Of a DNA stretch of 64,000 bases, positions 63,115 through 64,000 are shown piece by piece (position 1 is the first letter of the stretch; each line of letters opens with the position of its first letter). The position numbers and the translations under genes were made by a program. The stretch comes from Pecten maximus (lineage: Eukaryota), in assembly GCF_902652985.1 (NCBI RefSeq), contig NC_047016.1, positions 9,858,001 through 9,922,000 on the forward strand, read 5' to 3'. The notes under the pieces are model-generated. The model saw only the letters and a list, made by a program, of their open reading frames with translations, was not told the origin of the DNA and ran no database searches.

Positions 63115-63305
63115 TTGCAGACGAGATACCCCAACAACGTTTCGCTACAATAAACGAGGAGGGATTAGAAGATATTTTGAAGAAAAAAAGACTTGTTGAA
63201 TACCCGGGAAAATACTTAGGTGCAACAAGGCTATTCCGGCCATATTTAAGTTCCAAAGGTCAGTCTGCATGCCGACTTTGAAAACTTTAGTCAACATGAT
63301 TTAGT
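63115..63305 (+). pseudogene. Degenerate N-terminus of a Crypton (DUF3504/KIAA1958-like) tyrosine recombinase
   Basis: With frameshifts it reads RFATINEEGLEDILKKKDLLNTRENT.GATRLFRPYLSSKG..DFENF, matching the Crypton N-terminal pattern RF..EE.L..K...NT...T..A...F..YL..KG. Confidence 0.5.
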
Positions 63306-63834
63306 CTGGATTGAGCCTTGGGATTTGTATTCATTCATTTTAGTGTGCGATATTACAAAACAGTTATTGCCTTTTGTGTTCGGTGTACACGAGACTATAC
63401 GGATCTGGTCAAGAGTTTGTTCATCGAGGCCGCAACGAGACTATACGGACAAGGTCTGCGACCTTGATGAACAAACTCTTGACCAGGTCCGTATATAATC
63501 TCGTATACACCGAGCACAAAATGCAATAATTGTATAATGTACTCTATCATACACAGTACTATTGACTCCACAGTGTGATGGGAGACAGTAATGCACTGCA
63601 TACTTCCCATTTTACTTAATCCCTTTTACTATTTTTTTCTCCAGGTGGAGTGAGACTGTAATTGTAATGCTAATTACACATGCGGGTATTATAGAAATGA
63701 GAACAAGGTAAATTAATGATTTTGTAAGACATTGCATGTCCTATCAATAATGTTTTATTTTAAAAAATATAAATACATTTGAGCTCTTATTCACACTTTG
63801 AGTCATTTTCTCCTGACACAACTGATTATCTCCT

Positions 63835-64000
63835 TCAGTCATCCTCGTCCTCCCCCTCCTCATCACCGCCCACTTCATCGTCCTGCTCCTTCTCCTGTAA
63901 TGCCGCCTTGAATGCTGCTTCCTCTTCCGGTGTAGGGTCATCTGCTTCCGTCACTTCCGGTCCACTCGGGAACTCCGTCATTGCAGATGAGGGAATGGTA
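63835..64000 (-). CDS. RSPH4A: Radial spoke head protein 4/6 homolog, C-terminal exon (partial)
   Basis: AMTEFPSGPEVTEADDPTPEEEAAFKAALQEKEQDDEVGGDEEGEDEDD* matches the RSPH4A/6A C-terminus ([22 protein letters not shown] plus acidic tail); AATAAA at ~63754-63759 (-). Confidence 0.85.
   Translation of the reverse strand, partial: TIPSSAMTEFPSGPEVTEADDPTPEEEAAFKAALQEKEQDDEVGGDEEGEDEDD

Noticed and set aside
3430-64000. AKNA and RSPH4A as a cilia/centrosome gene cluster
   Set aside because: About 45 kb apart with unrelated genes between them; no evidence of co-regulation.

Overview
AT-rich, intron-rich eukaryotic genomic DNA. The repeat families (Helentron/HINE-type, V- and CORE-type SINEs) suggest a bivalve mollusc, possibly a scallop; this is inference. 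Genes reconstructed by hand from splice signals: (1) the 3' portion of an AKNA/AKNAD1-family centrosomal gene (+, ~3.4-18.9 kb); (2) complete RPL28 (-, 23.9-35.8 kb) with a 5'TOP exon; (3) head-to-head with RPL28, a 237-aa gene made of three tandem MLLE (PABC) domains and nothing else (+, 36-46.9 kb); (4) a 218-aa SPSB/Gustavus-type SPRY protein with an N-myristoylation motif and no SOCS box (-, 53.5-55.7 kb); (5) an intronless double hot-dog acyl-ACP-thioesterase-like gene with 5' frameshifts (-, 57.5-58.6 kb); (6) the C-terminus of RSPH4A/6A (-, window end). Mobile DNA includes a complete 423-bp TRIM whose identical 159-bp LTRs each carry a tRNA-Thr(AGT)-derived Pol III cassette, a probable solo LTR of a second tRNA-containing family, several HINEs, MITEs, a hAT-like element with a 6-bp TSD, a solo LTR nested in a SINE, Crypton-like relics and many minisatellites. 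The most interesting candidates are the stand-alone triple-MLLE gene sharing a promoter with a TOP ribosomal protein gene, the tRNA-LTR TRIM, and the SOCS-less myristoylated SPRY protein. Family assignments are from remembered motifs; no searches were run.
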